The notes under the pieces are model-generated. The model made no database searches, had not been told where the DNA came from, and worked only from the letters and a program-made list of their open reading frames with translations. Below are positions 50,888 to 55,844 of a DNA stretch of 55,844 bases, piece after piece (the stretch's first letter is position 1; each line of letters opens with the position of its first letter). The DNA comes from Chiloscyllium plagiosum (Eukaryota), in contig NC_057749.1 of the NCBI RefSeq assembly GCF_004010195.1, positions 14,481,142 to 14,536,985 on the forward strand. The letters are read 5' to 3'. Made by a program: the position numbers and the translations under genes.

Positions 50888-51658
50888 TCAGCCAACTGTC
50901 ACCTCGTTGCCCGGCACAGCCTCCAGCGGCTCGGCGCTCTGGGATGGCCCCGGCTCAGCCCCCCTCTCCCGGCAGCGGCACTCCCGCTGCAGCCGCTCCA
51001 GCTGCCGGGACGTGGCCTCCAGGGCGGCCTCGAGCTGGCGGCTCCGCTGCCGGAGGTGGTCGTTCTCCCCCTTGAGGCAGGCGATGAGGGTCCGGGCCAC
51101 CCTCTGGCTGGAGCTGCAGCGGAGCCGCATGATGGCCTGGACAGCCGCCTGCTCCCAGGAGCCGCTGGGGGGTAAGGGCGACGGCGGCAGCCAGGGCCTC
51201 GGCTCGTCGAGCCGCTGCTGGTGCTGCTTCTTGCGGGCCCTGGTGACCCGGGTCTCCCGGACCCGCCGCTCCTCGGCCTCGGCCTCCTCCTCCTCCTCGT
51301 CCCAGGTCGGGGCCTTGGGCAGCAGCAGGATCTCAGCCCGCGACTTCTTGCGGAGGCCGAGGCCCAGCAGCAGGGTCCCTTCCTCCAGGTGCAGGGAGCA
51401 GACGGCGGCCCCGGGCCCAGGGTCGGGGCCGGACACCAGCTTCAGACCGCGGCCCCTCAAGGCCTGCACCCACCGGCCCCGCTCGTCGACGCCGCTCGGG
51501 AAGTTGTAGAAGCAGAAGGGCTCAAGGCAGGGGCACTCGCGGTGGAGCTGCGGCCGGTGCTGCTCGCAGGCCGCCTCCCTCCACTGGCTCAGGGCGCTGT
51601 GGGTATTGGTGCAGCCGCGGACAGCGCAGCTCCGGCTGTCACCCTCTTCATAGGCCAT
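50888..51658 (-). CDS. THAP (C2CH zinc finger) + acidic tract + coiled-coil protein, ~255 aa, not assignable to a named THAP gene
   Basis: C11-x4-C16...F53P54...R-x2-W63...V-C87-S-L-H90. Poly-Glu tract, heptad region LKGENDHLRQRSRQLEAALEATSRQLERLQ. Intact, high GC3, CpG-rich, start context gctATGG, promoter motifs directly upstream. Confidence 0.85.
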   Translation of the reverse strand: MAYEEGDSRSCAVRGCTNTHSALSQWREAACEQHRPQLHRECPCLEPFCFYNFPSGVDERGRWVQALRGRGLKLVSGPDPGPGAAVCSLHLEEGTLLLGLGLRKKSRAEILLLPKAPTWDEEEEEAEAEERRVRETRVTRARKKQHQQRLDEPRPWLPPSPLPPSGSWEQAAVQAIMRLRCSSSQRVARTLIACLKGENDHLRQRSRQLEAALEATSRQLERLQRECRCRERGAEPGPSQSAEPLEAVPGNEVTVG

Positions 51659-51812
51659 AGCCGGAACCGGAACTACTGACCCCGCGACCTCTCCCCCGCC
51701 CCGCCCCGCTCACCGGAACCGGAAACTCCCTCGGACCGAAAAAAAAACCCCGGTTTTCCCCTGATCCCGCCTCCAGGAAGTGACGTAGGACCCCAAACCG
51801 GAAGAGCGCTTT
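51659..51812 (-). promoter_or_regulatory. CpG-island promoter of the THAP gene
   Basis: Repeated CCGGAA ETS cores (51661, 51667, 51713, 51719, 51798), GC box ccccgccccgcccc, ETS-CRE composite caggaagtgacgt (51774-51786). Confidence 0.75.
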
Positions 51813-52094
51813 TTAAAACATATATATATAAACAAATAAACTATTTTTGACTTTAATTTTTAAAATGAAAACCTTTTCCAGGTTAAAGTTTGCTGGAGGC
51901 AGGTCACTGTGAGAGGAGGCTTGAGCAAGGCTCCCAAGAGGAGACATGGGAACTGGGCTGGAAATAGGACAGAGAAGAATTTTAATGTTAAAATATCTCA
52001 CAACTCCAGGTTGTGGTCCAACAGGTTTATTTGGATGCACTTGCCTCCTGAGCGCTGCTCCTTCATCAGGCTGTTATACTGCTAGGCCATTCCA

Positions 52095-52405
52095 GTTGGA
52101 CAATCACTAGGTTGTTAATCTAGAGACCCGGGTCGTGTCCTGGGGACTGGAGTTCAAATCGAATTTTAATTCAATAAAAGTCCGTAACTAAGAGTCCAAG
52201 GATGACCACTGTCAATTGTTGGGAAAAATCCATCTGGTTCACTAATCCCCTTTTGGGAAGGATACTGCCATCCTTACCTGGTTTGGCCCACGTGTGACTT
52301 CAGACCCAGAGTAATGTGGTTGACTCTTAACTGTCCTCTGGGCAATTAGGGATGGTCAATAAATTGCTCCCTTAGCCAACAACATCCTGATCCCTGAATG
52401 AATAA
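52095..52405 (+). mobile_element. Shark tRNA-derived SINE
   Basis: ctggttcactaatccccttttgggaaggatactgccatccttacctggtttggcccacgtgtgact...gcaattagggatggtcaataaa. Same family at 54735-55070. Confidence 0.7.
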
Positions 52406-52454
52406 GATAATTTAACATGTTAACTATGTTCAATGTGAAAAATATTCAATATTT

Positions 52455-52875
52455 GTTATAGAACAATACAGCCCAGAACAGGCCCTTCAGCCATCGATGT
52501 TGCACCAACCTGTGAACCAATCAAAGCCCCTACACTATCCCATCATCATCCATGTGCTTATCCAAGGATTATTTAAATACCCCTAATGTGGCTGAGTTAA
52601 CTACATTGGCAGGAAAGGCATTCCACCCCCTTACCACTCTCTGAGTAAAGAAGCTGCTTCTGACATCTGTCTTAAATCTATCACCCCTCAATTTGCAGCT
52701 CTGCCCCCTTGTACAAGCCAACATCATCATCTTAGGAAAAAAGACTCTCAGTGTTCACCCTATCAAATCCTCTGATCATCTTGGATGTCTCTATTAAATC
52801 CCCTCTTGGGTCTGTTCTCATTGGAGAGAAGAAGGCTAAGTCCCTCAGTCTTTCCTCATCAGGCCATCCCTCCAC
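52455..52875 (-). mobile_element. CR1-type LINE 3' fragment
   Basis: aacaggcccttcagcc tail, reverse of ttagaggggatttaatagag / tttactcagagagtggtaagg. Confidence 0.7.
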
Positions 52876-53825
52876 ACTGAACACACTATGTTCAGTTTGT
52901 TTTTACAATTAATATGCTTAATGCCAAATATGATGACAGAGTGTGGAATAGGTACAGTACAAACAGAACCCTTCATCCCAGACCTAGTTCCCATGTCTCC
53001 TTTTGGTAGCCTTGCTCAAGCCTCCTTTTCACAGAATAATCCAATTTCCTCTCACAGTGAGCTGCCTCCATCCCTCAGGCAGCACATTCCAGATCTAAAA
53101 TACTTCCCACATGAAAAGGTGCTTGCTCATGACACCTTCACATCTTTTGCCAATCACCTTAAATCAGGGTCCTCTTGCACATGTGCCTTCCATCAATAGG
53201 AATAGTTTCTCTTCATAGTTATTATGTCTGGACTCATGATTTTGAACACCTCTATCAGATTTCCCTTTAAACTCCTACAGGCTAAAGAGAACAGACCTAG
53301 CTTCTACAATCTTCCCACATTTATGAGCACTTTCTTCTTTGGAATCATTCTTGCAAATTTCACTCACTGCATTTGAAAGAAAATTGTCTCTCGTCACCTC
53401 TTGTTCTTTTTCCAATCACCTTAAAGTGGTATCATCTGGTTCTCAATTCTTCTGCAATGGAAGTCTCCAATTACTCTTAGTGAGGGGCTGTTAAGGTGGA
53501 ATGGCAACTGGGTTCAAGTCCCACCTGCTTGTTAATAACATCTATAAACAGGTTGAGTGGAAAGTAGCTAAAACTGCTGTGTCCAGATTCCTCTTGATTT
53601 TAAGCGGCTTAATCAAATCTCCTCTCCGCCTTTTCTGGGAACAATATCCACATTAAATGAGGTCCTCTATCCCCTGACACAAAATTAAATTGAAAACATA
53701 ATTATATTAACACAGCTGTGCAGATTCATGCCCCAATGGAGATTAAATCTGTAAAACAAAGACAGAAAATGCTTGAAATACTAAATAGGTCTTGCAGCAT
53801 CTGTGGAGAGATAAACATAGTTAAC

Positions 53826-54669
53826 ATTAGTGAGTTTTGAGAAGACTTGTAGCTCAGGTTGAGGTTCTGGATGTTGGTTTGCTCGCTGAGTTGGAAGGTT
53901 CATTACCAGATGTGTCGTCACTATACTAGGTTACATCTGCAGTGAGCCTCCAGACAAAGCACTGTTATTTGTGCTTTCTAGTTATGTGTTTGGGTTTCCT
54001 TGGGTTGGTGATGTCATTGCATGTGGTGATATCATTTCCTATGGTGATGTCATTTTCAGTTCTTTTTCTCAGGGGATGGTAAATGGGATCCAAGTCAATG
54101 TTTTTGTTTATAAGAGTTCCGGTTGGAATGCCATGTTTCTAGGAATTGTCATGCATGTCTCTGTTTGGCTTGTCCTAGGATGGATGTGTTGTCCCAGTGG
54201 AAGTGGTGTCCTCCCTTATCTGTATGTAAGGATAATAGTGAGGGAGGGTCATGTCCTACATGGACATCAACTAGCCACAAAACGACATGACCCTCTCACA
54301 TTAGTATCCTTACATACAGATAAGGAAGGACACCACTTCCACTGGGACAAGACATCCATCCTAGGACAAGCCAAACAGAGACACGCATGGCAATTCCTAG
54401 AAGCTTGGCATTCCAACCGAAACTCTATCAACAACACATTGATTTGGATCCCATTTACTTCCCCTGAGAAAAAGAACAGGAAATGACATCAACATAGAAA
54501 ATGACATCACCAAGGCAATTACATCATCAAACCAAGGAAACCCAAACATGTAAACTGAAAGCAGGAAACACCAGCAGTGCTTTGTCCGGAGGTTCACAGA
54601 TGATGTTACCTAGTATGGTGACGAAACATCTGAAAATGAACCTTCCAGCTCAGCGAACAAAGTTACATC
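53826..54669. mobile_element. Penelope-like element fragment arranged as two inverted copies (GIY-YIG endonuclease C-terminus + pseudo-LTR with hammerhead)
   Basis: The right arm encodes HGHQLATKRHDPLTLVSLHTDKEGHHFHWDKTSILGQAKQRHAWQFLEAWHSNRNSIN (Penelope EN tail). 53860-54255 is its reverse complement. TSD catagttaac at 53816-53825 and 54670-54679. Confidence 0.85.
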
Positions 54670-55386
54670 CATAGTTAACGTTTCAGGCTTTTCTCCACAA
54701 TGCTGCCAGTCCTGTTGGGTTTCTCTACTAGTTTCAGGGGAGGTAATGCCACAGTGGTATTATTGCTAGACTATTAATCTAGACTCCCAGTTAATGTTCT
54801 GGATTAGTGGTGCTGGAAGAGCACAGCAGTTCTGGCAGCATCCAAGGATGTTCTCTGGCCTGGGTTCAAAAGCCTACCATGCCAGATGGTTACATTTGAA
54901 TTCAATACAAATCTGGAATAAAAGTCTAGCCATTGTCAATTATCAGGGAATAACCTATCTGGTTCACTAATGCTCTTCGAGGAAGGAAATCTATTGTCCT
55001 TACCTGGTCTGGCTTGCATGTGACTCCAGACCCACAGCAACGTGGATAGCCAATAAATGCTGCCATCAGTCAACCCAGCAAATGTGATTTTAAAAAATAA
55101 TTATGTTTTTATGTTAACATTTCGAGACTGAAGACTTTTGTTCAGAATTTGAGGAGGGAAAAAAGGGAGACTCATCAAACTGGACTTTAAAGCCAGGTTA
55201 GAATGCAAAGGAGAAATCTAATATAGGTCTCCTGGTGATCAGGAGAGACTAAATGGAAAACGTCTCTTTGTACAAAAAAAAGGGAATGGTGATGGGGAAA
55301 ATAAAGATTGGAAAAATATGTCCAGAATGATGTCAATCTCAGAGACTCCCAGACAATACAGGAGCAGTTGGCAACCTCATACAGAT

Positions 55387-55405
55387 GCATTCTGGGAATT
55401 GTAGT
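55387..55405 (-). promoter_or_regulatory. ZNF143/THAP11 (SBS, ACTACAnnTCCCA) motif in the UBL7 promoter
   Basis: Minus strand reads ACTACAATTCCCAGAATGC, the full-length consensus. Confidence 0.8.
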
Positions 55406-55524
55406 TCCAGAATAAAATCAACCAAGAGAAAATATTAAAAGTTGTTAATTGTCAGAATACCAGGAGATAATGGAGAATCCATTTATTTTTATTTGTTGTT
55501 TTGTTTGTTATTTATCTGTTTTGG

Positions 55525-55616
55525 CTGGTTTCCGGTATGGTGACGCAGCAAACCGGCCGCCGCTTCCGGTCCGTCTCCATAGGAACCGGGCCTAGGCCTC
55601 AGGCTCCGTCTAGAAG
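55525..55616 (+). promoter_or_regulatory. UBL7 core promoter / 5'UTR
   Basis: ttccgg ETS sites (55530, 55564), tgacgc half-CRE, X-box-like gtctccataggaac (55573-55586), start of a CpG island. Confidence 0.65.
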
Positions 55617-55786
55617 ATGCGGCCGGAGGTGATTGCTGTCAAACTGGCCGAGCAGCCGCGGGCCCCGAAGCTGCTGCTGCCTCTGCCCGAGGGCCTGCAG
55701 CAGGGCCCCGGCGGCGGAGTCCGGATCTCCGCCTTGAAGGAGCTGATTGTCGAGAAACTGCCCGGAGCCGCGGCCGCCCCGGAGCT

Positions 55787-55791
<5 letters not shown>
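55617..55791 (+). CDS. UBL7: Ubiquitin-like protein 7, first coding exon (not in the ORF track)
   Basis: MRPEVIAVKLAEQPRAPKLLLPLPEGLQQGPGGGVRISALKELIVEKLPGAAAAPELM aligns to the recalled human UBL7 N-terminus (LAVKLADQPLTPKSILRLPE...GGYSISFLKQLIAGKLQESVPDPELI). Start context aagATG, phase-1 donor G|GTATGG. Confidence 0.88.

Positions 55792-55832
<41 letters not shown>
55791..55832 (+). repeat. (GGTATG)7 microsatellite at the UBL7 splice donor
   Basis: Seven perfect hexamer units. Confidence 0.95.
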
Positions 55833-55834
<2 letters not shown>

Positions 55835-55844
55835 GGAAAGGAGC

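Noticed and set aside
51050..51075. ENDHLR as an HCF-1 binding motif
   Set aside because: The motif requires (D/E)HxY, and the Tyr is absent.
50820..51679. Long plus-strand ORFs overlapping the THAP gene (229, 108 and 152 aa)
   Set aside because: Antisense shadows of a GC-rich coding region with no recognisable domain.
53971..54486. 171-aa ORF as a gene
   Set aside because: Chimeric frame across the inversion junction of the Penelope fragment; only the C-terminal third is real EN sequence.

Overview
Eukaryotic (vertebrate) genomic DNA, almost certainly from a cartilaginous fish: it carries shark-type HE1 V-SINEs, HER1/CR1 LINEs and Deu-domain SINEs. Three genes are supported. (1) The 3' end of HMG20A on + (last major coding exon 1467-1603, probable terminal exon/3'UTR from 4118). 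(2) An intact, GC-rich, unnamed THAP zinc-finger + coiled-coil gene on - (51658-50888, probably spliced to a 12-nt coding exon at 50097-50086). Its THAP domain has an unusual extra CxxH...CxC insert and looks like a domesticated transposase N-terminus. (3) The first coding exon of UBL7 on + (55617-55791), head-to-head with the THAP gene. The ~43 kb between HMG20A and the THAP gene is repeat-rich. It holds about a dozen minimal hammerhead-ribozyme motifs (CTGANGA-stem-GAAA) in short, target-site-duplicated, often internally inverted mini-elements. An inverted Penelope (GIY-YIG) fragment with the same ribozyme type lies between the THAP gene and UBL7. There are two assembly gaps (47210-47709, 50152-50804). 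Almost all other ORFs in the track are repeat-derived or chance. All identifications come from reading and recall; no database search was run.
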